A stretch of 64,000 nt of DNA from an uncultured Acidobacteriota bacterium (GCA_963804995.1 CAWDSK010000003.1:1280001-1344000); one strand, 5' to 3'. Shown: positions 29,667-39,526, counted from the first letter of the stretch. Notes: a model not told the origin generated them from the sequence alone. A program made the numbers and translations.

Positions 29667-31817
29667 TCACATCCTCACCAATTCCACGCGCCGATTTTTG
29701 GCACGGCCCTCGGGCTTGCCATTGTCGTCAATGGGGTTGCTGTCGCCGTATCCCGCCGAACTCAGCCGGTCAGCCGCGATGCCCGCTTTTGTCAGCGCAT
29801 CCACCACTGCCGCGGCGCGCGCCTGTGAAAGCTTGACGTTGTATTCGTGTGTCCCCACATTGTCGGTGTAGCCGTTGATGGAAAGCTTGAGATCCGGGGA
29901 CTGCTTCATCATGCGGATCACTTCGTTGACGGTGGGCTTACTCTCCGGCTTGATGATGGCCTTGTCGAAGTCGAAGTTGATGTAGATCGTCACGCGGCCA
30001 TGGCGATCGATCTCCGCCTTGAGTTCCTCCGCGGTAGTTGGCGGGGGTGCAACGGAAAGTTCGCCGGGGGTCGGCTGGACGAGTTGCAGGCAGAGCGTGT
30101 TCGTCTTGCCGGCCGCATCCACACCCTTCACCTGGAGCGCCTGGGGAGTGGAAGGTGCGTTGGCGGGCATCGTCAGGGAAAACTTGGCTTCGGCCAGGCC
30201 GTCCACGCCCACGGACGCGGGAGCGAAGCTGGCCTGCATGCCGTCCAGGCCGGGGGAGGCCGTGACCGAGAGGCTGACGGTCCCCTTGTAACCCTGGTTA
30301 GAAAGCAGGGTCAGGGGGTAGTCGTAGCTCCGGCCTGGCAGGAGCGGCCGTTCTATCAAACGCGTTTCGGTGGTGACCACAAAGTCGCCGATGCGCGCGG
30401 CACACGGCAAGTTGTCAGGATCGAATCCCTGGGCGAGTTCGCGGCCGACGAGGGTGTTAAACCCGACCGTACCTGTCATGTCGATGTCGAATCCGTTGTA
30501 GATAATTAACCCGCGGCCATAATGAGCGTAGGTATAAGCAAAGCCAAAAACGTTGTTCACGTTACGCACCACCATCTGACCGCACCAATGAGGGTCCCAG
30601 GCGACCAAGGTGTTCGAGTCGCCGAGCTCGTTGCGGTAATCATCCGTACTATTTTCCCAGGCGGCCACGTCGATGTACCCGGGTTGACCCCGGTGGCCGT
30701 GCGCCATCCAGTTCTCCTCCACGAAACGCAGGAAGTTGCCCGGCGCTCCCTGCGCTCCCGGGTTATTGGTCTTGAAGAGGTACGGCAACCACGAGTAATC
30801 GGGGCCGGCTTGGCACTTGTCCGCATCGTGGATGATCAGTTTGTTGCCTTCGGCAACCCAGGGCGCGAGCACGGGTTTGAACTCCGCCGCGAGCGGTGTG
30901 GGGTTGCCCTCGCAGACCTGCTCCAGCACGACCGTGTCATAACCCTCCTTGGGGGAGAGCATCCAGGGCCGGGCCCGGTTCCCGGGAACAACGGTGTAAT
31001 CCGCGCGCCCCGCTGCTGCCAGGTCAGGCCGCTGTTGGAGATAGTCCGGATGGTTCTTCAGGTAGACCCCCCCGGTGGCTGCGTCTGCATTGGTCCAGGG
31101 CGCCGATCCGAGCACCAGGACGCGTTTGCTTTCACCGTGACCCGGCGGCGGGGGCGTGGGAGGTACGGGCACACAAGCCGGGGGAGTTCCGGCAGCAGGC
31201 ACCGCGGTGCCTGCGCCCGAGGAGGCCCGCGGCCCCATCAGGTCTGGGCGGCGGGCCAGGAGCGGCGTGTAGCCGGACCGCCGTGACTCCAGCACCTTCA
31301 GCTCAGAAATCTGGAACATCTCGCCACCTGCCTGGTTGTGCAGCAGCCGTAACTGAACGTAGCGCGCCTCCACCGGGTCAAAGCGGATAGTGTTCTCACC
31401 CGTCCCGGGCAGCGCGGCGGTGGCGACTCGTGTGAAGCCCTGCTTCGGTCCGGTACTGGATACCCACACCTCCACATCGCGCGCCGTGTTGCTAGGCGGT
31501 GCGCTGGGGTCGACAAAAATCGTGACGCGGTCGATCAGTACGGATTCGTGATCCGCGAACGACAGCACTATCTCCTTGGGCCCGGGATCGTCGGCCGACA
31601 TCCACAAGGTTTCTTTGTCCCCGTCGATGAGGTTCAGCAGGCTGTCTTGCCCGCCCAAGTTGTCATCCGCGGTTCCGGTCGCGCTCTCCACTTTCCCGCC
31701 CCACTCGAGTGCCGCTACGTTTCCATCGAACTGGCGCGCCGCAGCTTGGGCGGCCAGGGCCACGGCCACACTAAGTAAGGCCACTCCCCCGATCGTGAGA
31801 CCAACCAACTTCTTCAT
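29667..31817 (-). CDS. Discoidin-like + central domain + C-terminal OmpA protein, paralog 1
   Basis: Signal peptide; LIDGD, ARDVEVWVS, ARYVQLRL; same OmpA motifs. Confidence 0.88.
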   Translation of the reverse strand: MKKLVGLTIGGVALLSVAVALAAQAAARQFDGNVAALEWGGKVESATGTADDNLGGQDSLLNLIDGDKETLWMSADDPGPKEIVLSFADHESVLIDRVTIFVDPSAPPSNTARDVEVWVSSTGPKQGFTRVATAALPGTGENTIRFDPVEARYVQLRLLHNQAGGEMFQISELKVLESRRSGYTPLLARRPDLMGPRASSGAGTAVPAAGTPPACVPVPPTPPPPGHGESKRVLVLGSAPWTNADAATGGVYLKNHPDYLQQRPDLAAAGRADYTVVPGNRARPWMLSPKEGYDTVVLEQVCEGNPTPLAAEFKPVLAPWVAEGNKLIIHDADKCQAGPDYSWLPYLFKTNNPGAQGAPGNFLRFVEENWMAHGHRGQPGYIDVAAWENSTDDYRNELGDSNTLVAWDPHWCGQMVVRNVNNVFGFAYTYAHYGRGLIIYNGFDIDMTGTVGFNTLVGRELAQGFDPDNLPCAARIGDFVVTTETRLIERPLLPGRSYDYPLTLLSNQGYKGTVSLSVTASPGLDGMQASFAPASVGVDGLAEAKFSLTMPANAPSTPQALQVKGVDAAGKTNTLCLQLVQPTPGELSVAPPPTTAEELKAEIDRHGRVTIYINFDFDKAIIKPESKPTVNEVIRMMKQSPDLKLSINGYTDNVGTHEYNVKLSQARAAAVVDALTKAGIAADRLSSAGYGDSNPIDDNGKPEGRAKNRRVELVRM

Positions 31818-31847
31818 AAGTCCTCCCTGATGCGTGTTCCGGGTCAC

Positions 31848-32020
31848 GACCCGGCATGAGGGCTCAGGCGGCGGTCAGGAATACAATGAAGAAGAGAATT
31901 GCGGCACGCCCAAGACGGCTTGCCTGAGTCCGTAATGAATATCCTTCTCAAAGGTATAAGGCCGGATACCAGCAAAGAAATGGAGCCGTCCCCCTTTGAC
32001 CTTCGGTGTGAACCACCCCC
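31848..32020. repeat. ~170 bp direct repeat, copy 2
   Basis: Highly similar to 25503-25674. Confidence 0.92.
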
Positions 32021-32105
32021 ACGTCCGTCAATCTTTCGTTCGTAATGTTCTCAGCCTTCCTTTCCGCCGCCCAAGTCATGATGATTTGCCATAAAAGGCG
32101 AATGG

Positions 32106-32903
32106 TCAGGAAGCTTTCCTTCCACGGTCCACCACCGCCTTGGTTAGCTTCAGGGCGATGGCGCCGCCCGGGACCACCAGGTTGATGGTCTCTGCGCCAA
32201 TGTCGAAGAGCACTTCACGATTCAGGACGCGCTTGAGCTGGCCCCCGAAGGCCTTTCCCGTGGGCTTGAACTCTGCGGTAAGCCCATCCACTTCCACCGT
32301 GACACGCTTGTCCTTGGCTTGCCACACATACGCGAAGGCGTAGACCGGCCGGTAGTAGAGGTCGAGGCAATCGACCACCTCCTCCTCTTCGAGGATCTGG
32401 TCGGCGGAGGGGGGATGAAGCACGTCGCCCAGCACTTGGCGAACGACAACCGACGCGCGCACCTCGGGAGGAGCAAGGGCCAAGTCATTGGGCAACGTGC
32501 CGCCGTTAGAACCGTCTATCCGCTCAAAGGCCAGGTAGCGGCGAAGGTCCTGAGCTTCGCCGCTTAGAGCGTCCAGAAAGACCTCGTGCCGTTCATCTAA
32601 CAGGCAATGGTCCATCCCCGGTAAAGTCAGCTTGCCCTGAGCCGGGGTGTAAGTCTGCCCGGCGATTTCCACCGCCTGCACGTCAGCCAGGACCGGCACC
32701 GCGTATTGGGTGCGGCGGTCGTAGCGGAAACGCTTGTGGCTGGTGGCATGCCAAAACGGCTGGTAGCGCAGCTCCAGTAGGCTCACCTGGATGTCCTCGC
32801 TCTTGGGCCGCATCAGGAACTTGGCCAGGGTACCGAAGACGTTGAGTTTCTGCTCCCAGGCTCTTTCCCTGGCTTGGTCCTGCGTCACTTTGACAGGAAG
32901 CAC
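32106..32903 (-). CDS. Hypothetical protein
   Basis: 265 aa; LRYQPFW, LYYRPVYAF, VDGLT motifs; in-frame upstream ATG at 32936 separated by TAA. Confidence 0.8.
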   Translation of the reverse strand: MLPVKVTQDQARERAWEQKLNVFGTLAKFLMRPKSEDIQVSLLELRYQPFWHATSHKRFRYDRRTQYAVPVLADVQAVEIAGQTYTPAQGKLTLPGMDHCLLDERHEVFLDALSGEAQDLRRYLAFERIDGSNGGTLPNDLALAPPEVRASVVVRQVLGDVLHPPSADQILEEEEVVDCLDLYYRPVYAFAYVWQAKDKRVTVEVDGLTAEFKPTGKAFGGQLKRVLNREVLFDIGAETINLVVPGGAIALKLTKAVVDRGRKAS

Positions 32904-32970
32904 GAAGACTCCTTATTCAGCCAATACGATTTCCATAAGTTCGACTCCTTGTTCCGCAGCGGTGCCTTTC

Positions 32971-33126
32971 TCAAAGCCCGTCCCACCATTGGCCCGCCCT
33001 GAACGAATCCCGCGCCCTCGCCTCAGGCGTTCCCGCCGAGTGCCGGCAGGAACTGCAAGCGGAATAGGAAAGCACGGTGAAAAAGGCAATCAACCCGGTG
33101 GCTGCGACCCATGTTGTCGTCGCCAT
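32971..33126 (-). pseudogene. Orphan lipoprotein signal-peptide fragment paralogous to the 27219 gene
   Basis: MATTTWVAATGLIAFFTVLSYSACSSCRHSAG vs MTKTTRVAVAGLIAFFFVLSSSGCSSCRHSSG. Confidence 0.7.
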
Positions 33127-33178
33127 ACCTCCCCCCCGGGGACTGCGCGGCTGCAGATCGTTTTTGCCAAGCGGCCCA

Positions 33179-35842
33179 CTACTCCCCGGCTCCGGCCCGT
33201 TCTTCGCAGGCTTTCGCCATGCCATCTTTGATATCGCCCGTAGCTTTCTCATTCATCTTTTCCATCGCCCATCTCATGATGATTTCCTCTAGAGGGCGAA
33301 TTTCCGCTTCCGCCTCTTTCGCAAAGCCCGGTGAAAAGGCGGCTTCCGTAAGGATTTCGGCGACGGCATCGCACGCTTGCTTGATGACGCAGGAGGCAAG
33401 TTTATCGGAATCGGGCATGGGGCTTTGCCCCAACTCTCCTTGCTTCAGATGGCCTGGTTGGACGAGTCCGAAGGGTGCGGGTTCGATGGCTCCAAGGTTC
33501 TCCCCGAGCGCCGTCATATAGCACTTCAAAAGACCGCCGTAGAATTTGGCGAAGATCTCCGTCCACTTTTCGATTCGCTCGTTTATTTTGCTGGTTTCGG
33601 TCATGGCCTGTGCGCCGCCCAACTCCATCTTCCCCAGCGCCATGCCGGTGGCCGGATCAACGCTCCACCAGCCATAGGTCTGAGTATCAGTGAGCTTCAC
33701 CAGCCGCGCTGGAAGGATGAGCGTCTGCCCCTGCGCCAATTCCCCGGCCAGGACATTCTTAATGGCGGGGGGGATGGTCAGGTTATCCAGCGCCGGTTTC
33801 TGCGCGGGCGTAATCGTGAGGATTGAAACACCCTCGGCGGACGCGGCGGAAAACAAAGGGACGGTGTTGAAGCTTCGGTCAGGTTGCACGGTCATACGCT
33901 CCAGAGCCGTATCCGCGATGCCGGCTTCCACCGCTAGCCGCTGGGCATCATTACCGTCGCCCACAAACTGGAAGGGTGCGTTCAGCAGATCGATGCCTTC
34001 GGCGAAACGATGCGCGCCCTGCGGCTTGCTCCAATCTCCCACGACGAACCCATGACGAAAGAAGGCCAGGCGCGGACGCTCGTAATAGGACTTCGCTTTG
34101 GGTGCGTGCCGCCTGCTGAGGAGGAATCGCGCCCCATCGCTGGAAAAAAAGTACTCAATCAACTCCGGCGGGAGCGTGGGGCGGGACAGGTCATCGACGC
34201 CAAAACCCTCGCCGAGGAAGGCTCGGGAGCGGGCCTTTTCCTCCATGGACTCCTGGGTTTTCAGGTTTTCAAGCTGCGCGCCCAGGACATAGACCAGGTT
34301 GTTGCTTCCCACCGAGATGCCGCCATCCCAGGCTTGCACCAGGAGCGCCCGCACCACCTTGTCATCGGCGAGCGCGGGCTGGATCTGCAGCTTCGAGCCT
34401 GAAGCCTCCAGCCGGTCCAGGATAACCCGCTGATAATGAGCGTCCGAAAGGTGCGGCCCGGCGCTGGTCACTTCCAGGAACAAGCGCGCCAGGACGGGGC
34501 CACCGGCTGTCGCGGCGGGCTTCACCTTGGGTTCAGGTTTGGGGGCGGGGGCCGCCTCTTCATCTCCGCCCAACCCGCCCAGCAGGCCGCCCGCAGCCTT
34601 CGCCGCCCCAGTATCGGCGCCGCTTGTTCCTTCGGCGGATTTCTCCTCCTCCCCACTGGACTGGCCGCTCAGCCGAAACGCTTGGCCGTCGGTTCGCTCG
34701 TCCCCCACCAGAAGCACGGGCTGGAACCGGTTTTCATTCGTCTTGAGCGTAAAGGGGGCCACCGCCAAGCGCACGTTCTTCCCGAAGAGGTCCGTTGCCT
34801 TCACCTCCTTCAAGAGCAGTTCACTGCTCTGGAGGCGTCCATTCTCGAGGAACTCGCCTACCAGACGGAACCGGACGTGTTGAAAAAGAGCGTCCGCGAG
34901 GTCGTCCGGATCGAACGTCTCGACGGCATCGGTAAGCTTGGAGTTGACGCTTGCGTCCTTCGCGCTGGGATCGAGGTCCGCAGGTTGGTCCGCCACCGTG
35001 GCCGTAACCCAGTAATGGTCCTGCAAAATCTCCAACTGCCGGCTGGCGGTGGCTGAGGCGTCGGGTACTCCGGCCTTCTTGAGGGCTGACAGGAGGAGAG
35101 GAACGTTCTTTTCCAGAGCATCGTTCACAGCGCTTCCCGCCTGCTGCGCTCGCTGCTCCAAACGCTTCTCCAATTCCTGTTGATGGTCCGTCACCGTTGC
35201 GGCGGGCGCCTGGCCGGCCAGTGATTGCAGGATTTGCTCGAGCGAGCCTGGCTGCGCGGCAATCTGCTGAAGAAGTTTTTGCGCCTGGTCGGGTGGCAAC
35301 TTCCCGTGCGCGATCTTGACCGGCACGCCATTTTGCTTGAGGATCGCGGCCAGCAGCAGCGCGCGGTCAAGGGAGTTCCCGCCACGTGTGAGGAGAGTTG
35401 CTCGGGCGCCTTTCATCACCCCTGGATAAGGCTCAAATGCCACACGGTCGCGGACAAACTCAAATGCCGCCTCGGGCGTGGTGAGGGTCAGCCCGAGAGC
35501 GTCGACATCGGTCAACGCCTTTGGAAATCCGTCCAGGTAGGTCTGCAAGCGAGTCAAGCGGTCCTGCATGGTCTGAACTTCGTTTTTGTAGGCTTGTTGT
35601 TTTTCATCCGGAGAAAGGTTGGCGATGAAAGCCGTCATATTGGTCTGGGCGCCGGCACCCGCGATTGTTGCACCCTTTGCGGGGAGGCCGTGCTTGGCGA
35701 AGTACCATACAACGCCTGTCACGGCTACGAGCAACACCAGCAAGACCACTGTTGCCGTCCAGATCCCCTTTCCTTTCTTAGGAGGTGGCGATGATGCGTT
35801 GTTTTCTGAGGGGGTTTCGGGGGGATGATTGGATGTTCCCAT
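33179..35842 (-). CDS. Membrane-anchored transglutaminase-like domain protein
   Basis: N-terminal TM; FVRDRVAFEPYPGVMKGARATLLTRGGNSLDRALLLAAIL, HYWV, DLDP. Confidence 0.78.
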   Translation of the reverse strand: MGTSNHPPETPSENNASSPPPKKGKGIWTATVVLLVLLVAVTGVVWYFAKHGLPAKGATIAGAGAQTNMTAFIANLSPDEKQQAYKNEVQTMQDRLTRLQTYLDGFPKALTDVDALGLTLTTPEAAFEFVRDRVAFEPYPGVMKGARATLLTRGGNSLDRALLLAAILKQNGVPVKIAHGKLPPDQAQKLLQQIAAQPGSLEQILQSLAGQAPAATVTDHQQELEKRLEQRAQQAGSAVNDALEKNVPLLLSALKKAGVPDASATASRQLEILQDHYWVTATVADQPADLDPSAKDASVNSKLTDAVETFDPDDLADALFQHVRFRLVGEFLENGRLQSSELLLKEVKATDLFGKNVRLAVAPFTLKTNENRFQPVLLVGDERTDGQAFRLSGQSSGEEEKSAEGTSGADTGAAKAAGGLLGGLGGDEEAAPAPKPEPKVKPAATAGGPVLARLFLEVTSAGPHLSDAHYQRVILDRLEASGSKLQIQPALADDKVVRALLVQAWDGGISVGSNNLVYVLGAQLENLKTQESMEEKARSRAFLGEGFGVDDLSRPTLPPELIEYFFSSDGARFLLSRRHAPKAKSYYERPRLAFFRHGFVVGDWSKPQGAHRFAEGIDLLNAPFQFVGDGNDAQRLAVEAGIADTALERMTVQPDRSFNTVPLFSAASAEGVSILTITPAQKPALDNLTIPPAIKNVLAGELAQGQTLILPARLVKLTDTQTYGWWSVDPATGMALGKMELGGAQAMTETSKINERIEKWTEIFAKFYGGLLKCYMTALGENLGAIEPAPFGLVQPGHLKQGELGQSPMPDSDKLASCVIKQACDAVAEILTEAAFSPGFAKEAEAEIRPLEEIIMRWAMEKMNEKATGDIKDGMAKACEERAGAGE

Positions 35843-36394
35843 ATGCAGTTGTCCTTTCTAGCCAAGCGGAATAGGCCATCGGAGGGAGAGAGAACGCCCC
35901 CTTTGATCCAACGACTTTGCCGTACTGCACTCGGCTTCACCACATCCGCCGCTTAGGAGAGGTTCTGGCTTTGGATCACCGACATGCCGGTAAGGTTTTC
36001 CCGCCGGCTGCAAGTTAAACTCCTGTGCCTTCTGCTCCTACTCCATGGCACAAGAGAGAACCTCCGTCGCAGTGAGTCGCTGACGGTCCAATTTGCTGGA
36101 AAACTGTTTGCGAGCTGAGAAGGCGGGTGAGGGACTGGAATCTCAGGGAATTGCCGTAGATATGCTTCCTGGGGATGACGTCTGCGTTGCAGCTCTGAGT
36201 AAAGTACCGAGGCACAAATCTCTGGCCGATTGCAAGTGCCCAGAGCCTCTAGCACCCAAAGTTCTAAGAGACCCATTTCCGCTCTCCAGTTCGCGGCGCA
36301 CAAGAGAGATGCTTCCGCTCGGGAGCCAATTGGCACCCACGATATCCCTCCGCAAACCTCGTGTCAAGCCGACTCGATAGGAGCGCCCGGCTAG

Positions 36395-36504
36395 GAGCCT
36401 GTCGGAGATAGATTTCGTTGTACGTAGAATTAATAACTTAGCGAGATTCGAGTGTCTGTAAGTTGTTGATTCTTCGTTGACGAATTATTATTTCCGACAC
36501 ACTC
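36395..36504. mobile_element. 110 bp MITE with CTAG target-site duplication
   Basis: CTAG-GAGCCTGTCGGAGATA...TATTTCCGACACACTC-CTAG; 13/16 terminal inverted repeat; AT-rich imperfect palindrome. Confidence 0.8.
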
Positions 36505-36878
36505 CTAGGGGCTCAGACCCTGCCCGCGACCTGTGCCTCCGTCGTGTTAACTATTCCCAATGAGGCTCGGAGTCTCTTCAATATAAGCGCCCAGCAAACC
36601 TACCTTCGCGATTGCGCGTGCATCGGCTGCGTCTCTGGGACCGAATCTTTTTGTGGCAATCAATTCATCTGCCGTGCGGCGGCGACAAACAGCCGAGCCG
36701 ACAAGCGCTGGCGGGCGCGAAGAGCTGCGCACCTCACTCAGAGGAGGTCCGAGCCACGCTTGGTGTTGGCGAGGGGGAGGAGCAGCGACGTCTGCGCCCT
36801 TGGCTTCGGAGGTGGCTACAGGATCAACCTGTGCCTTCGAAAATCCGGCGTTCAAGTATTGCCCCGGAGGGGCACCAT

Positions 36879-38108
36879 TTACTTGGGAGGTTTCGTGGTT
36901 GGTGAATCAGTTCCCAGGGAGACGGCGCGGCTCAAGCTGACGTCCATCTCCGTGTAAGGGGGCAAAATCACGTCGCGACCGTGGCGCGTGACGAGGAAAA
37001 TTGCTGCCGCGCCCATCGCCGCAAACCTGGCCACCCCGGCCGTGGAAGCGTCGGTGGCCGTTGAACTGATCGCCTCAATGATCAATTGCGTGGTATCGTC
37101 GCTGACCTTGGAGATTCCCCCGGTCACACCAAAATCTAGCAGAAACCTTGCCGCCCCAGGATTTTGGGCGTGGATTCTTCCCTCCGAATCCATCGTCATG
37201 TGGGTTCCCCTGTCCACCTCAACGGCGACGGGAGAAGCGGCAATCGCGGTGGCGGCGCCATCCGGCAATGCCAGATGCGTGAACAGAAGGTTGAGCGCCC
37301 CGGGGCGGTACAAGCGGCGGGGTGGGACACGCTTTGCCAACACCCCTCGCAGAATGCTGCCCTGGGGAATCGCGATGGTGGAGCCCACCAGCACGGGTTC
37401 CAGCAACACGGCTTGGAAAGATTGGCCTTGATGGTCCTTGGACGCGCTCAGGCCCTTAAGCAGTACCAATGACATCCGCGTCCCGTCGGCGATGGTGCAA
37501 GGCTCCGGGCAGGCCGCCGAAGTGCCTGCGCCCTTCCCGACGTGCGCCTCAGCGAGCGCGGGAAACGTTGTGCCCTCAGGCTCCACCTGCAATGTCAGTA
37601 CCCAGGGAGCGACGCATTTCTGTTGATGCGACTTCGGTGCGCGCCCGCCTTCGCGTTCCGCCGAATTCGCGGCCTTGGCAGCAGGCTTGTCTTTTTCCGC
37701 CCGCAGCTCATCACGTTGCGCCAAGGCGATGAACGTCGCCCGCAGCGGAACTTGCACCCCTCCTGGCATCAGCACGTTCACCGACCGAAATCGCGCCACC
37801 AGATCGCGCCGCGGCGCAAAAAGGTGAATCACAAAGGGCCGGTCGTCCACCGCGTACGCTTTCTTTTGCGAGGCGATCTTATCCACCACCAGCCGGACCG
37901 TGCTACCCTTGGGAAATATCTCCGTGTTGCGCCAAAAAACGCTGCGCGCGAGTTTGCCCTCCAGCGTCGCTCCCGGCGCAGTCTTCTTGAGCGGGATGCG
38001 ACCCTCCATGGCAACCCAAACCACCGCGGTCTGGCCGTCCGTGCTTTGCGAATACGCGCCGGAAACGGTTGCGAAGGCGATAAGCGCCATGCACACAGCT
38101 TTCATCAT
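36879..38108 (-). CDS. Exported protein with TrbI/VirB10-like beta domains
   Basis: Signal peptide; IFPKGSTV, IADGTRMSLVL..LSASKDHQGQSFQAVLLEPV..IPQGSILRG, GRDVILPPYTEM. Confidence 0.65.
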   Translation of the reverse strand: MMKAVCMALIAFATVSGAYSQSTDGQTAVVWVAMEGRIPLKKTAPGATLEGKLARSVFWRNTEIFPKGSTVRLVVDKIASQKKAYAVDDRPFVIHLFAPRRDLVARFRSVNVLMPGGVQVPLRATFIALAQRDELRAEKDKPAAKAANSAEREGGRAPKSHQQKCVAPWVLTLQVEPEGTTFPALAEAHVGKGAGTSAACPEPCTIADGTRMSLVLLKGLSASKDHQGQSFQAVLLEPVLVGSTIAIPQGSILRGVLAKRVPPRRLYRPGALNLLFTHLALPDGAATAIAASPVAVEVDRGTHMTMDSEGRIHAQNPGAARFLLDFGVTGGISKVSDDTTQLIIEAISSTATDASTAGVARFAAMGAAAIFLVTRHGRDVILPPYTEMDVSLSRAVSLGTDSPTTKPPK

Positions 38109-38328
38109 GAAGGGAGCTTTCAAGGAACCACTTCCCCCATTGGGGGGTGCCGAGCGCGGATGATATCAGTGATTGAACCGTGCTGTATATCAATTGCTGC
38201 GACAGGTTATCTGTTGCGTTGTCCGCTTGCGCCAACTATGGTAGTCTGCCGCGCACGATAGGTCGTATAGATCCGCTTTAGCTGTGCGCGGGAAGTTGCG
38301 CGCAACAGACGAAATAGGGGGTGTGGCC

Positions 38329-38967
38329 ATGTCGCTACAGGATGAGTTGAGCGAAATCGTTTCGAAGGCCGATGGGACCGACGACCCCGAGCAGTTGGCG
38401 CAGTTTCAGAGGCGATGCGAGGCAATTCTGACCAATGTCTCAAATAGCCTGGGTACCGAGCAGGATGCGGAATTGCGCGAGTATTTGCGGGGAATCGAGG
38501 AGCAGGCCAAGGACGTGTTGCACAGAGTGAAGACACGCCTGGCCGAGGTCAAGATCGCGCGTATGGATCCCGAGTACGAACAGCGCAAGCTCCAGAAGCA
38601 GCAAGAGGAGCAACTGAAAAAGCAGCAGGAAATGGCCAAGGCGCAGCAGTTTTTGTCGCAGGGCGGCCTGGGCAATTTGCTGGGGGGCATCTTCGGCGCC
38701 GTAACGGGTGTTCAGGAAGCGCCAGCAGGCAGAGGAGCAACCGCGCCAGCACAATCTCCGGCAGCCCCTGCCGTTGCACCTGCATCCGCCGTCCCGGCTC
38801 CGGCGCCGATCAAGTGCGCACAATGCGGCTACGAGCTCAGAGCCGGCGCGAAATTCTGCCCCGAGTGCGGCACGGCGGTCCCTCGCGAGAAGCACTGCAC
38901 GAACTGTGGCGCGAAGGTGGCTCCCGCAGCGAAATTCTGTCCGGAGTGTGGAACCAAGGCGGCCTGA
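38329..38967 (+). CDS. Coiled-coil + double zinc ribbon protein
   Basis: CAQCG..AKFCPECG..CTNCG..AKFCPECG at the C-terminus. Confidence 0.85.
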   Translation: MSLQDELSEIVSKADGTDDPEQLAQFQRRCEAILTNVSNSLGTEQDAELREYLRGIEEQAKDVLHRVKTRLAEVKIARMDPEYEQRKLQKQQEEQLKKQQEMAKAQQFLSQGGLGNLLGGIFGAVTGVQEAPAGRGATAPAQSPAAPAVAPASAVPAPAPIKCAQCGYELRAGAKFCPECGTAVPREKHCTNCGAKVAPAAKFCPECGTKAA

Positions 38968-39079
38968 AATTGAAACCCTCCTTCGAAACTCACCGCCATC
39001 CCAAACGCGGGTACGATTGGATAGTCTGCTGAAAGCACAAATGGCCCCCCAACACGCACAGGATGAGAAAGATTATTCG

Positions 39080-39526
39080 GACCGTTACCGGACCATCCTC
39101 AGCCAGAAGGCGGTGAAGCTCAAGAGCTGGTGGGGAGGCCGGGCGGCCGATTCCTTGACGCCCTCCGAAATCGAAGCCAAGCTTTCCGAGTACGCCAAGA
39201 CGCCCGCCACCTTCAATCGCTACAAAGCTACTCTCAGTCTGGCCTATCGACTGGGCATTAGAGACGGTTTGGTGGAAGTGAATCGGGCTCGCATGGTCGG
39301 CCACAAAAGAGAAAACAACGCCCGACTGCGCTACCTGTCCGAAAGTGAGGAAACTAAGTTGCGGGCCATCATTCGGCAGCAGTGCCCGGAGCGTGAGCCG
39401 GAGTTTGACCTGGGGCTCTTCGCAGGGATGCGCCGGAGTAAACCATACGGATTGCTCTGGCGCAACGTGGATTTCACCACAGAACTGATTGCGATTTCGC
39501 GCTCCAGGCACGGGAAGGCCCGGTAG
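39080..39526 (+). pseudogene. Tyrosine recombinase/phage integrase remnant
   Basis: TPATFNRYKATLS, ENNARLRYLS, GMRRS..LLWRNVDF; stops before HxxR and catalytic Tyr; adjacent to tRNA 3' end. Confidence 0.85.
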
